Of a DNA stretch of 64,000 nucleotides, positions 14,623 through 28,090 are shown piece after piece. Source of the DNA: Tubulanus polymorphus (lineage: Eukaryota > Animalia > Nemertea); contig NC_134029.1 in the NCBI RefSeq assembly GCF_964204645.1, positions 8,458,850 to 8,522,849 on the forward strand, given 5' to 3'. Below the pieces are notes generated by a model. The model did no database searches and was not told the origin of the DNA. It saw only the letters and a program-made list of their open reading frames with translations. A program made the position numbers and the translations under genes. How positions within the stretch are numbered: position 1 is the first letter of the stretch; every line of letters begins with the position of its first letter.

Positions 14623-16165
14623 GCCTGCACACATCAACCGCCAACAATCGTTTAACTACAGTTTCACTTGACAACGAACAACCGTAGAATCGAATTACGC
14701 CAACGAAGCTGAGGCGAAACATTTTTTCATCGCGCGATCTGATCCGATTTAAATATTCCCGTCGCCGCGTCGGGGCCCGCGACGACGGCAGAGGAGACAT
14801 TGTTCCTGCCGCGATGTTACGCGTAACATCGAAATATAATCATCGCAAATCAAACCGTTGAATGAAGCGCTCGGAAATAAACACGCAGACGTGCGCCGCG
14901 ACGCTAATTCGGCGGCGCTCCCCGCGGCGCTTTCCGATCTCGAATTCAGATATTTAATCTTTGAATATGAATACGCGTGCGCGGCGGCGCGCGGGAGGAA
15001 AAGCCGACATCGTCACCGTCAAAGGCTACATGAGAGCGAGAGCGAGAAAATGAGAGAGGGCTAGAAACACCGGGGCCTGAGATATTAATGGGGTATCGGC
15101 ACAAACCAGATGGCGCTACAATACGCTCAATTATAAGTAGTGAAAATTAGGTCCATTCTCGATGAACTTCGAACTGGATTCTTAGGCGCCAAAATGGAAA
15201 TGTTGTCAAATAAGTTATCAATAGATATAAGATCGATATGCCCAATAAGTGTATGGTATAGTTTTATTAGAAATTGATTTACTAATGAGAAAAGTTGACT
15301 CAAATTTAATTGAAATGTCGAAGAAATTGAAGCGCGGTAACCGAGTAACCACTAGCGAACCTGGTGGATCCTCGCCTGCCATATGTGGAATTGTCAAATG
15401 CAGTAGCGTTGCGGGTGCCCCATTTATCGACTAAGAGGATGAGATTAAAACCGCCGATGCCACAAAGAAGATTTCACCGCGTGCACCCGACCCGACTTTT
15501 AAAAGCAGCAGCAACAACTCGCAATCCTATTAGTGAATGCTAAATAAAACAGATTGAAAAACAGCTCGGTATATTTTTTCATCGCGAAATCTGCTGAAGA
15601 GTTTTGATTAAAGGTTGGTCTCATAGCCCGTTAAATCAACGAAAGCTTAAGTTAACGCACAGCACACAAAGAAAAACATGAAATAAGAAATAGATTTTGT
15701 GTTTATATGTTTCCATGTTTAATTCACCTGTCCGCTATCACGCACAGCGAGATAAGAAACATACATTGAACTTTATTTACAACTCAAACCGCATTACAGC
15801 GATATATTGAGAATTCAGGTATTCATATTCATATGTAAACAGATACAAAAAAAGGGAAAAAATATCTACACACCAGCGCTTTTTCAATATCTGCCATTGA
15901 TTGTACAAGCTTACATAAAACTAATATAAAACTATATACATATATAGTTTTTAAACTTTTTTAGCACAAAATGGTGAAGAATTACCAACAAACCTACAAA
16001 GCCACTAGTGGTGAGGAAAGGATTTATTGTATAAATGACCTCCGTTGCCCTCGCTTGTTATCTACCACACCCATTGTCCCTCTTATTATCTACTAAAAAA
16101 TCTGCTCTTCTCGTGCACCCATTTATACATGTATAGAATTGATTATAGTGTGTATAACACAATCG

Positions 16166-16409
16166 CAGTGCTGCCAACCTCTGAAAAGTGCTACTCGGTG
16201 CTACTATTATTATCAGCAGCAACAAATCGAATTTTTTTCAGTAACATTTCATTGAAATATGAAAGAATGTGTTGAAATTAATCAGTAATCAAAAGTAAGA
16301 TCCTCAGTAACATCTTTCATATTTCTGTAAACATAAAACAAATCTAATCAGTATTTCTCATCGAAAAAGAGTAACAAATACTGAAAATCAGGAACAGTTG
16401 GCAGCTCTG
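16166..16409 (+). mobile_element. hAT-like MITE, family C (second copy)
   Basis: CAGTGCTGCCAAC / GTTGGCAGCTCTG; body matches the 5440 copy; flanks CAATCG/CCATCG. Confidence 0.8.
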
Positions 16410-17346
16410 CCATCGGTTTAGTTTTAAAGTTGTTTTTGTTGTTGTTCGTTTCACCTTCGTAAAAAACCAAAAAAACAAACGTCTCGCGCTCATGAGGAAA
16501 GGTAATCGTAGTAGTAACCGGCGGCGGTGGCGGGGACGAAATCGTCGAGAAAACGACAACTGCTGGCGAATTCTAGCATAAATAATTGAGCAATAGACGT
16601 GCGGTTTAAATGAGCTTTGATAAGATAATTGGCGACAATTCTGGTCTTTGGTACGGGAAGATAGGTGGAATTAAAGCAATGATTTAACCGGATCAGAGAC
16701 CTATTCGAGTCACGGTTTACAAATGATTCATGGCGAAAACGCATGCGATACATGAAGCTAAGTGTGGTTAAGTCCAGTATTTTTGGCTACCAATTTATTT
16801 TGAACGTCGCTATGAATGCATAACTTAATGTATTGTTATGTACTGGGGCGTACGTATAGGTGTACAGGTCCCGAAGTCTGAAAAAGGTGAGCAGAAAAAA
16901 GGCCAAACAGGCGCGGGGCCAGTAAAATTTGTCACATTCCCTTCAAAGTTTTCCCCAAGTTTTCTAGCTCTTTTTTTAAATTTCCCGAGTTTTCCAGGTT
17001 TTTATAGGTCAGTGCCCACCCTGAATATCGTTCCGAATTCAAAGATTACTTTTTATGGATCGTATATTCAACGATTTTAGTTTTCAAGGTTCGTTTAGAC
17101 TGCGGATATTTCAGACAAGTTCGCCGAATGACGTAACGTCGATGAAAACAAAAATCAATCCAGCAGACGCATCAACGACAAAACAACCAGACGTCATTGA
17201 GAAATAAATGCAGGGCTCGTACCGTGTCAAATAAACGACTTCGCCTTTTTCGACACCAAACATTAATAGATACTAGTCTGAAGCGCATAACAATCTTTTT
17301 TTTCAAATACTAATAAGCATTGCCGGGCAAAAAAGGCTCGAAATAA

Positions 17347-17591
17347 GGCTGAAAATGATACATTGTTTCTCCTAATCAGCCGGGTGACATCTGTAAACTG
17401 CTATGAAATTTGTAATCGCTTCATTTCTATAGCTGCCGGAGTAGTCCAACACAAACTACTGCCAGACCTAAAATGGATTTAGCCTGATCTTGATTTTTTT
17501 CAAAAGTAATGTACAGGGTAGATAGGCGGCCGGCTGGGTCAACTTTAAAGCTCAGCTAAAATGAGAAACGTGGTATCATTTTTTTTGGGCC
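17347..17591. mobile_element. MITE with TAA TSD
   Basis: TAA-GGCTGAAAATGATAC..TTTCTC / GAGAAA..GTATCATTTTTTTTGGGCC-TAA. A related right end lies at ~37985-38060. Confidence 0.7.
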
Positions 17592-17962
17592 TAATCATCT
17601 CATCGTCATCACTGGGTAGGTTCTACAAACACTAGTACTAAGTATAAGCAGTAGCTGCTGCTGCTGCTGCTGTTGTTGTTGCGATGACATTTACCGCTCT
17701 CTGCCGCTCCAGGCACCTCGCCAGCGTCGTGATCGTAACTTCAGTTCTGTCAACCGCGTATAGAGCGCGCCGCCGTACGGCGTCCGAACGACGACGTCTA
17801 ATGGAGAAATATAGCATCGATCGACGCAGCAGCGACGACGATGAAACGAATCTGTACACGAGCAAGAACGAAACGAAATGACGCTGACGCTTATCAAAAT
17901 TGATCATATACGCCAATGCTGCTGCCGATTCCTGAATAGCGGCAAATTAGTTTCAACTTCGT

Positions 17963-17964
<2 letters not shown>

Positions 17965-18009
<45 letters not shown>
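17965..18009. repeat. (CT)n microsatellite
   Basis: Perfect dinucleotide run. Confidence 0.97.
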
Positions 18010-18011
<2 letters not shown>

Positions 18012-20072
18012 GTCTCTCGTATACCGTGAAAGTGAATGATAAAGATTTGATCGCCGATTTGATACGAACGCGCGGCGTCGATTGTCGTTGCGATTCTCGA
18101 AATTCGCCCGAAAAATTAATTCATCACAAAAATTGCGTAGAATCAGATTGTCTAGAAGTGTGTACGGTGTTTGATCACTATCACCAGCTCATAACACATC
18201 CTTATATAAGTGATAGTTCGTTTTGTTTATCTCGCAACGAGTTGGGTAATTCATTAAACGATTTGTCTCGTACGAACTCGTGAAATTTGTACTCAATCTA
18301 TCACATTCAGATCTCGATTCTTCTTCACAAGTTTTGGTCCAACTTGCCCCTCGACATAATGTCAGGGGCAAACCAGGTGTAACATTTGAGGGTCTTACCT
18401 CAACTATCTTTAGGGCAAATGAATACAAAAGGCAACCAGTATTCTGGCAACGCCTTCGTGATCTCATTCAAGAATTTACAACAAAATTGTGCGTTTGTTT
18501 TACAGGAATTGCTCTTTTAAAAACAACGGACATAGAGTGTAATATAATGCCCCGCCCCCAGCACCGAGATGACATAATTCCCTGATCTCCAGGTAGGTGG
18601 CTACCCTGAGCAAGTTCAATAAGATTGAGATGAGTTATAGACGTTCTACCACACGACAGCAACGTGACCTCGGTGTGATTATCATCATTAATTCGAGTTT
18701 GCTCGATTGCTTGTCATATATATATATATACATATAAATATATTCCATGTGAACTCTACTTCTTTTCCATATATTCCATGTATTACGCGTGCCAATCACA
18801 ATTTCAGTTAATTTAACTTAAAATTATAAACTGAGAAAAAAACATTCCTTTTTTATTCAAAAATCTTATCGAAATTTTCAGGCAAGTCCAAAAACTCAAT
18901 CTAACCGTAGACACAGATTCCAGACACTGCGAGGTCTCTTCTCGACAGCAAAAAACAACAATCCGTTAAAACAGTCTGATGGGGGATTACACATGTTTTA
19001 TCAAGACTCTTGTTTGCTCAGTCAGGAGCTCGTATTGTTCGCCAAGGTAATAGATGAACCCGAGAGTCAACAATCGACCGTGTATACTGCAATACCGCGG
19101 CAACCATTGTACGTTGTCGTCGTCGTCATCTCGCAGCGCGATGCGCGGGACAAGTCGTAAATTTTGCGCCGAGACACATTCCGATTCACGTCAGACTCGC
19201 GTATTCATCAACAGTCATCGACCGGAGACATTGATACGCGCGTGACATCGAGTCGCAAAAAGTTGCGTCACCAGTTGCAGAATTATTATGCGCCACATAT
19301 GGAGTCAGCAGCAGCAACTGCGAGGACAACGACCGTGTCGGCGGTATCGCAAAAAAAACCGCGACAACCGGTGCCGTTGACACGTACAGCTACACTCCAG
19401 GGCCCTGATACATAGTACATCGCAATTGTTACAAATACATAAAGGGCTGAGAGTAAAAACCATCACGTCTATTTGACAATTCGTTCCATCAATTATTCAT
19501 TCCCCTTTCATCAGTTTTATTGCGTTATTACATTCGCATTTATTTACGGTCGCATTTATGGAAAGGGTTGACTTCGAGATGTGCCTGAATCGTAGCAAGT
19601 ACCTCCAGTTTCATTGATACGTTAAAGCTGAACTGGGGTCGCACTAAGATCCGCCCAAAATCTCGATGTATTAAATTAGGCAGCCAAGAAAATTCACTCC
19701 AATCAGTTGCTTGCCGGTTCAGACTGAATGGAAGATTGTTTGAATGAACCGGAACCGAATTTCCAATTATGCACTTCGATTAAAAAAATAAATTGCCCAT
19801 GGGCAAAGTTTGGTTTACCTTGAAAGCTAGAGGTTGTTTGGAGTAAGGGCATTGCTTGAAAAATCTTTTTAATTCGTGACTTCAAAGTTTCACAAGTTTA
19901 TATTGTATTCTATCTTTCTTAAAGAATTATTTTGTAGTCAAATAAGACCAAAGATATACATTTGTTTGTGGTCCACGTCCAAAATTTTGTAGGGTACAAA
20001 TAGGCGCAGCAGGGAAACTATTTTATATCTTCAAAAAAATATGTTTCACAATATGAAAAAATATTCAAATAA

Positions 20073-20623
20073 GGCCATCCCAAAATAATTGTCTGTTTGC
20101 CGCAACACCGACTCAATTTTTCAGGATGAGTAGGTAGAAATTTTTTTTTGCAAAATTTTTGGGAAAAAAAACAAATTTTTCACCTTTGGGCTTTTTTACA
20201 TGGAAACAATATTGCAAAAAAATCATATACGTTGTGCACGGGAAATTTGTCTAATAGCGTAGATTTCAAGAATTATTCTAAAATTATAACTTCGTCCAGA
20301 GCGTCATCTCTGTGTTAAAAATGAAACAGTACATTGAATATGTGCGCGCTTTTACGTTACCAGCTTTAATATAGTCACTATTAGAATGAATGACAGCTTA
20401 TTGGAACTCGCCAGTTTCCTGGAAACTTAAACTAGGCCACATGTCAAGGCATATTTTCATACGATGCACACTAAAATTCAAACATACGTAGCTCATAGTC
20501 AGTCGGCCGTTTTTATCAAAAATAAAATTCATTTCAATGAACCCCAGAAAAAAGTTTTCACTCGGTACCTCTGAAGTTGGGTTGGTCGGGTTACGGCAAA
20601 CAGACCATTATTTTGGGATGGCC
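20073..20623. mobile_element. non-autonomous DNA transposon with TAA TSD (Harbinger- or Zator-like)
   Basis: TIR GGCCATCCCAAAATAAT(T/G)GTCTGTTTGCCG at both ends; TAA at 20070-72 and 20624-26. Confidence 0.88.
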
Positions 20624-21629
20624 TAAAATTCATATGATGTCACATATCAGAGGGTGGCTGAATATTGGGTCTTGGAAACCTCTTCCAATGTTGGCCACGG
20701 AAGCTAAAATACCGGTACAGAAGAAATCGGCTATTATATCGTTCTAAATCCTGGAATTTACCACTACAATATTCAGACCTCGACAGACCTTATAGTTTGC
20801 TGCTTAGTATTTTCAGGTCACAAGAAATTACAATTTATTACAAATTCTATCGAACAGAAAACACAGCGCTCATCTTCTGCTACAATTATTCAGCCTATTT
20901 TCATGTTAAACGTGCACGCGTTACAGCATCACCCTTAGTAGTGTACTGTATGAGCTTGTGTGTGTGTGGTGTAGCACTCCGCGTGCATGTGGAGGCCTCG
21001 TGTAAGTGAATATTCGCTTACACCTCAATGTCAATCAGCACAATCACCGGGTATTAAAATGAAACAATACCTATGGCAGATGAGTGAAATAATTACATCC
21101 TCACCAGCAATGAGCATTCGAAATCCGCACGTATACGGCACCTAGTCCAATGAAACGTACGCCATTCTATTTTAGTAGCACTGGAATTCCCCGTACATCC
21201 CAAAAAAGCCAATCCCATTCGCTCGTAGAGACAACGCCCCCCAATCGAGGTCATTGCAATTTTATACGCGAGAGCTAAGAATTTTCCCGCCAAAAACAGT
21301 TTTTCGTAGAATTTTAACTCAGTTGACCATGTCATCGACAGAGGTTCGCCATGTCTTCAATCGCATCGATTATACGTCGTTTAAGCCGAGAACCAATGAA
21401 ACCAATACTCACATCAAAAAACGTACCGCGATTTTACATGAATTGGCTCAATGCCAACATCATATCGCTGACAAAGGTAAACCAAAAATTCTGTTAACTC
21501 GACTGCCGATCACACAACTATATTTGTACTTCGATTTCCGATTTCAAAATCAAACCCCCTGTTTCGCTCCCGGCAGGTGTGGTGGGTCTGTATGGGACAC
21601 TCAATCAAAAAATCAAACAAAACGTTTAA

Positions 21630-22061
21630 GCTGAACTGAGGTCGCACTGAGATCCGATCCGATTGTCGGCGATTCGGTCTTAAGAAAACTAATATCACAT
21701 AGCTAGGTTGAGTCGACCATTCGGCCTAGACTCGTTCGTCGGATCTTAGCTACTCTCAGGTCACCTGAGATCCACGATCATTTTGAACCGAATGCATAAG
21801 TCATGTGATGTGTACATCGCTGTTCATTGGCTACGACCTTATGATCGGTTGTAAGTACTCTCAGGTTACATAAGATCCATTCCAATCTGATCCGGTTGTA
21901 GATAGAACATGTCAGATCAGCTTACAACTGGTCCGTGATCAGTTTTAACGATCTTACATACTCTTACGTCGCAAAGATTTCCTGACTGAAAGATCAGCGA
22001 CTTGTTGCCGATTCCTTGAGACCCGACGATCAGGTCGGATCTTATGCGCCCCGAGTTAGGC
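21630..22061. mobile_element. MITE with imperfect ~28-bp TIRs flanked by TTAA
   Basis: GCTGAACTGAGGTCGCACTGAGATCCGA versus the reverse complement of TCGGATCTTATGCGCCCCGAGTTAGGC. A solo end of the same family is at ~19625-19654. Confidence 0.7.
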
Positions 22062-22539
22062 TTAAAATATGTTTAGCTTGAATCATTGTCTCGTCGACAA
22101 TGTCGAGTAACCAACAGGGATTTAAACCAGAGAAACTGAACCCTGCATATCACAAAGATAGACTTTGATATCATCACAAAATTTTTAGCTGACTCCAGAA
22201 TGTAGCTCTCAAATTGCCATCCAAACAAGTTGGAGAGTATTTCTTAAAGTGCTATCTGACTAAAATATCTTACCAAACATGGTCGAACTCAGTTAATTCA
22301 TCATTTGTTAGTCATGGAAATGTGTGTACAGTGGAACCTCATACCAGAAAATATGTTAGTTATAACCGATAATTCATGTATCCTGTATGAAATAATCAAG
22401 ATTGTCCTGTACGGGACGAAATGCAAGGTCTGTGTGAACAAATGAATTGTTTTACTGTAGGTCCTATTTCCAGTTCAATTAAGTTTCATTTGGATAAGTC
22501 ATCAACATGATGTTCCAGCTATGACAAATGTATACAAAT

Positions 22540-22798
22540 CAGGATGGCCACATTTATCTAACTTGCTTTTTCCTTGACTATTATTCTCTGTTGTTTTCCC
22601 GAACTCGATCTGCTAAGTATCTAATCAATCAACAAATACGTAAGACCTAGACGGACACGGTTTGATTTTACGCGCAACCTACCAATCTTAACAAATTTCC
22701 GCGACTTTTCCCCGATTTCTTTTTCACAACATTCCCTGACTTTTTTAAAGAAAAGAAAATCCCCTGACATTTCCTGATCTAGGTAAGTGGCCAACCGG
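22540..22798 (+). mobile_element. hAT-like MITE, family D
   Basis: CAGGATGGCCAC / GTGGCCAACCGG ends, TTCCCTGACTTT subterminal repeats, flanks CAAAT/GAAAT. Confidence 0.7.
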
Positions 22799-23364
22799 GA
22801 AATACATGTATATACTGTCCGATCTATCAGATAACAATCAGATACATGGTCCAAAAGACCTCGTTCGAGTCTACAGTAATTACCGCCGAAATGTTATTGG
22901 TCTCATCTTCTATAAGCTATTCGAAAAAATCGAGCTTCGCTTTCGTCGTATTCCGACGTCGTCATTGGCAATTTTTCGCACAATCCTTTCGAGAAGTTTA
23001 TGGCGTGTGTCGGCACGGAGTTTATTATGAAACATGACATCGCCTGCGAATAAGTGTCATCGCCGTCGAGGATATTGATACCTAGAGAAACTGTACAAAG
23101 TAGCTCTTCAGACTGCGACTAGACAACAACATCGACCGAACAGTCCGCGTAATAACAAATCCGATAAAAACAAGAACAAATCCTATGCGTTTATATTTGG
23201 CGATATTCCCACCGACGCCAATAAGCGGATCCAGCAACCTCGATCCGGTTCCACACGTGTTGCGAGTCGTGATTAAAATTAGTTCATTTTCAATGAAACA
23301 AGCCATAGGAGACAACAGTTCTAGGGCTCGGCTCAAATCTGTCATCACTGATGTATGCATGAGG

Positions 23365-23690
23365 CAACTCCAAAATTCCCATGCATTTGTTCCCATTGTA
23401 TTTTGGATATGTTGTTGTATCTAGGACCAAAAGCTAAAGACAACCTTTTGAATTACGACCCCGTTCCTCATTTAGGAGGTCTTCTTCAAGGCCATGTCGC
23501 TGAAAAATAGGGCTTTAAGTACCTAGTTTTGCCACTAGCTGGCACACTGGGCCAGTTCTTTACACTGACAACTAGACCCCACACTAACATTGTACCCATG
23601 TTTCATCAAGATTGACCCACTGTTACCAAAGTTAAGTTGAACCACAGACAGTACGAAAATAACGGTCTCGTAACCAGAACAAATAACTCT
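23365..23690 (+). mobile_element. Helentron/DINE-1-like repeat (same family as 52735)
   Basis: Colinear match to 52735-53062; ends immediately before the 47-bp minisatellite. Confidence 0.6.
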
Positions 23691-23695
23691 TAACT

Positions 23696-24486
23696 GTGGA
23701 TGTGGTTGTAGTATTAGTGAAGAGGTCCCGGTATAGACGGATGCGGATATGGTTGTAGTATTAGTGAAGAGGTCTCGGTATAGACGGGTGCGGATGTGGT
23801 TGTAGTATTAGTGAAGAGGTCCCGGTATAGACGGGTGCGGATGTGGTTGTAGTATTAGTGAAGAGGTCTCGGTATAGACGGGTGCGGATGTGGTTGTATT
23901 ATTAGTGAAGAGGTCCCGGTATAGACGGGTGCGGATGTGGTTGTAGTATTAGTGAAGAGGTCCCGGTATAGACGGGTGCGGATGTGGTTGTAGTATTAGT
24001 GAAGAGGTCCCGGTATAGACGGGTGCGGATGTGGTTGTAGTATTAGTGAAGAGGTCCCGGTATAGACGGGTGCGGATGTGGTTGTAGTATTAGTGAAGAG
24101 GTCCCGGTATAGACGGGTGCGGATGTGGTTGTAGTATTAGTGAAGAGGTCCCGGTATAGACGGGTGCGGATGTGGTTGTAGTATTAGTGAAGAAGTCCCG
24201 GTATAGACGGGTGCGGATGTGGTTGTAGTATTAGTGAAGAAGTCCCGGTATAGATGGGTGCGGATGTGGTTGTAGTATTAGTGAAGAGGTCCCGGTATAG
24301 ACGGGTGCGGATGTGGTTGTAGTATTAGTGAAGAAGTCCCGGTATAGATGGGTGCGGATGTGGTTGTAGTATTAGTGAAGAGGTCCCGGTATAGACGGGT
24401 GCGGATGTGGTTGTAGTATTAGTTAAAAGGTCCCGGTATAGACGGGTGCGGATATGGTTGTAGTATTAGTGAAGAGGTCCCGGTAT
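23696..24486. repeat. 47-bp minisatellite, ~16.8 near-identical copies
   Basis: Unit GCGGATGTGGTTGTAGTATTAGTGAAGAGGTCCCGGTATAGACGGGT, head-to-tail with no spacers. Units start at 23696, 23743, 23790 and onward. Confidence 0.98.
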
Positions 24487-25619
24487 TATTATCATTACTA
24501 TTATTATCATTATTATTTGTATTATTATTTTCATACTATCAAACTTTTCTCCTCTTTTTTTCACTGCTTCCTTCATTTTACTACTACTCACTATCATATT
24601 TTGCCTAATGCAGGCAATACAATGTAAATATGTTATAAACCCATTGTTTATAGCTTATATTTATATGAAACGTGAAATAATTCATTCAAAGCGATGACAA
24701 TGAAAAGTATAATCAGAAAGCAATCAGATCAGGAATTGGCACTGCATAGCTCATTACAATAGACACCGCTCAAATTCCACAAGCAGCTCATCAGACCGTT
24801 CAACTCGGTTATGTTTTAAACATATTTTTCTGACCATATTGCCTCGTTAATAGATTGCTGTGTGCAGATATATTTGATAAACTGCGATCATCAAAATTTT
24901 TAAAATAAATAACAGCCAGACACTCATAAATCTATCGTTTAGATATAAATTTCGGGGTAAAATACTCGTGTTGACATCTTGCATGACGAGTGGTAACTAT
25001 CTGTATCCAATTCTGATTTTGTCTATTCCAAAGGTTTGTGGAAGGGACCCATTATACCCGTCTAACTAGTGATAGTGTGAGCGCACCTTATCAACTACCA
25101 TCATCATTAAGAAAAATCATTATCAGTTGAGAGGAGTCTCCTGGTGGCGGATCCTAGATTTTCGAAGTGGGTGCTCTGATGGTCATCTTTTTGAAAAGTG
25201 CATCTAATTGTCGCACATTCTGGATATTTCAACCACTGCTTTGATCATCTCATCCATTTCAAGTATAGCTTGTACTAAAATGTAGTATTGAAAAACTGAA
25301 AATAAATAATACAAAATTTTCCAGATGGGGCTGCTCTAACACCCAAAGCACCCCCTGGTCAATCCGTGCCTGTCTATTCTAACCTTTTTTCGATGCATGA
25401 ATTTTGACCTTAATGGACAACCTCAAAACGGCCAGGAAATGTAGTGTAACTAAATAAGCCGATAAGCAAGATATAGTTATCACCATCACAGAAACTCAAC
25501 AGTGATCTCTATTAATAAGGTGTCAAATGAAGTTCGTTTTCAGCGCGCGAGCAAACATCGATTATACCGAATATCAGCCGTATGAATGACAACAGATAAC
25601 TCTCTCTGCTACAACACTC

Positions 25620-25696
25620 GATGAAACGACTTTGAAATTGACCATCAACGAGGCATTACATATCAAATCCGAAATACCGAGCATCAATAACAAAAC
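25620..25696 (+). pseudogene. relic of a Penelope GIY-YIG endonuclease C-terminus
   Basis: From 25638 the frame reads LTINEALHIKSEIPSINNK, matching the E-A-L-x-I-x4-P-x-(L/I)-N pattern at the end of Penelope ORFs. Confidence 0.6.
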
Positions 25697-27404
25697 TGTC
25701 CACACCTGGTGTCGTATTTCTATCGAGCATATCTGTAGTTTTTTTGACGTCGTAAAAACCGTTGTAATAATGGTTATACACATTGATACCTAGTATGCGT
25801 TATTTAAGGGGTTCTGTATGAGTCGATGTGCACTACGTCATCAATACTGAAAATAACAATTATGATTGTGAATTTTGGCATTCATTTTGTAGTCAAATAT
25901 ATTTTGTAATCAAAAATATTTCATAACTCCTATTTCATACTGAAGAGTTGATGAATTTTGTTAATTAATTGCATGAGAGTATATGCACTACGTCATCAAT
26001 ATATCAGGGCTAGACCATAGTTTATTGATCCTTAGTATTAGCCTATATAATTTATATCATATCATTCATTGTCAACAATATTAGGCAATATATGAGTTAT
26101 TTTTCAAGGTAGATCTTATGTGACCTGAATAAGGCTTTAGCGATTTGTTTACAGTGGAACAAAAATGACAATAGTGTTAAGGGTGATGAACGCAGTGTCA
26201 TAAGTGCGATGAACTCAGTGTCATACGCGTGATAAACTAAGTGGTAAGCATGATGAACTATCTCAGTGATAAGCATGAAATGAATGAAAATATGCCAAAC
26301 TAGAATTTCCTGCATGCACAAAAGGCATTAAACAGATACCTCCCCCACATCGCCAAACAAAGTGATATTCAAAGATGAATTTTGTCAAGACTAGACAGAG
26401 AGAAATCCGAGATAAGCCGTACGATTTTCCTCGCTGAAAATCTAGAAAGGGATTTATTGAACAATTTCGCCGATTACGTCCAACCGCCAAGCATGCCATC
26501 TCGTGAGATTTGCCTGTACTAACGCCGGTCTTCATTTCGGAAATGTATCTTAAGAGGTTTAGTTAGGTTTCTATAGCGCGGATAAATTGCCGCGATGCTA
26601 CGCAGGCCAATCTTCGTGATCGATTAATAATACGGGCCGCGGCTATCGTCGTCCAATTAATAAGTTTCGTTGTCAGGTCCATCGGGAAGTGATATGTTAC
26701 CTGTGTACGGCGCAACGCGCGCGCCGAATACTAACTACCTTTCGACGTGATGTACCAACGACGGGCATATTTCAATCTTCAGCCCTTTCGAGAGGAAACT
26801 TTGGCAAACACACACGCGCGCATTAGGCTCGGCGGCCGTTTCGTCGCAATTGCGCGCTGAACGTTGACGGATAATAAATGCGTCCGGCGGCGACTCGGAC
26901 ACGGGGACATTTCTCTCACGAAATTTTCTGCGACGCCGTAAATATGTTGGAATAATTCATGAACCATGACCATCTGCTGGAGTAGTTTGCCTATTTCAGC
27001 GTATAGTTTCCTTTCTTAGACAAAGTTGTACAAGCGTGTAATGACATAAAATCCCTCATTACCGATCAATAACCAATAAATATAATCATAACACCGACGA
27101 TATACCAGCATGCCACCAGATGGCACCACTAGTGTACCTCTTAATTTCATTTCAATCACCTATTTAGCTTTCTAGGCTCACAAATCGTCAAATATTGCAG
27201 CTTTTTTGTAAAATTTTAGCTACCCCTGAACGCCCCTCAGCACGAACCTTAATTTTGACACGAGCTTTGACAAAATATCAGTTTGTCTATTCTAGTCACT
27301 ATTTAGTGTATTCTTTATTGATAAATTGAACAAGATGTTAATAACACCCGCAGGTACCCCTTGTTGTTTTCAATGCTAGTTCTGCTTATCTTAGATTTGA
27401 CATA

Positions 27405-27642
27405 AGCCGCGATCACATGGAGACGATTTGGCCCGGGCCAAATTGGCACCGATCAGGCTCGGGCCAAATTTGGCCTGTGCCTAATTAGAGAGCGCGTTCA
27501 CACGCAAACCATTCACTCAATACTCAACAATGCTCAAACAAAGCGAAGTGGATCATTTCAGGTGCCAGTTGCAATTCAAACGCAATCATTTGTCTGGTGC
27601 TAAAATTAGGCCCGGGCCAAAAATGCTCATGTGATCGCAGCT
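27405..27642 (-). mobile_element. family B MITE
   Basis: TIR AGCCGCGATCACA / TGTGATCGCAGCT with ATA duplicated; body is the reverse complement of the 11797 copy. Confidence 0.85.
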
Positions 27643-27801
27643 ATAGATTCTATTAATGTCCAGTTATGAGTTTATATCATTTGTTACTTCTGTTCCTGGT
27701 CATTCCCCGCTACGAACAATCGTCACGTTGAGATAATTGCTCGTAATTCCACCTGATGATGGCCGTGAGTTAACAGCCTAAAAGCTGTGGTTTCATCTTA
27801 A

Positions 27802-28090
27802 CCCTTTCAGTGCTGGCTAATTAATACCCTATAGTGCTGAAGATAATTTGAAAATTCTTAAAAATTCCACCCGTGTGTTGAATAACAGGAATAGCACTAT
27901 AGCGCGTCTACACCCTGGTGCGGTATATCGTTAGTTACTAATATTTCACTATGTTTGACAGGTGCTGCCATCTTTCAAGAGAGATAATTAGTAATTACTA
28001 ATTAAATCATTACACCGCAGTGCGGTGTACTAGCAAAATCCATCACTGATTCGTACACCGCACTGCGGTGTAGACGCACAACTGAAAGGG
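27802..28090 (+). mobile_element. piggyBac-type MITE, family A (full length)
   Basis: Ends CCCTTTCAGT...ACTGAAAGGG with TTAA on both sides, ~290 bp. Confidence 0.9.

Noticed and set aside
14160-14800. ORFs of 156 and 109 aa as genes
   Set aside because: They run through a tandem duplication and a MITE, and the repeated peptides simply mirror the DNA repeat.
23696-24486. CRISPR array
   Set aside because: Units are contiguous with no unique spacers, there are no cas genes, and the context is eukaryotic.
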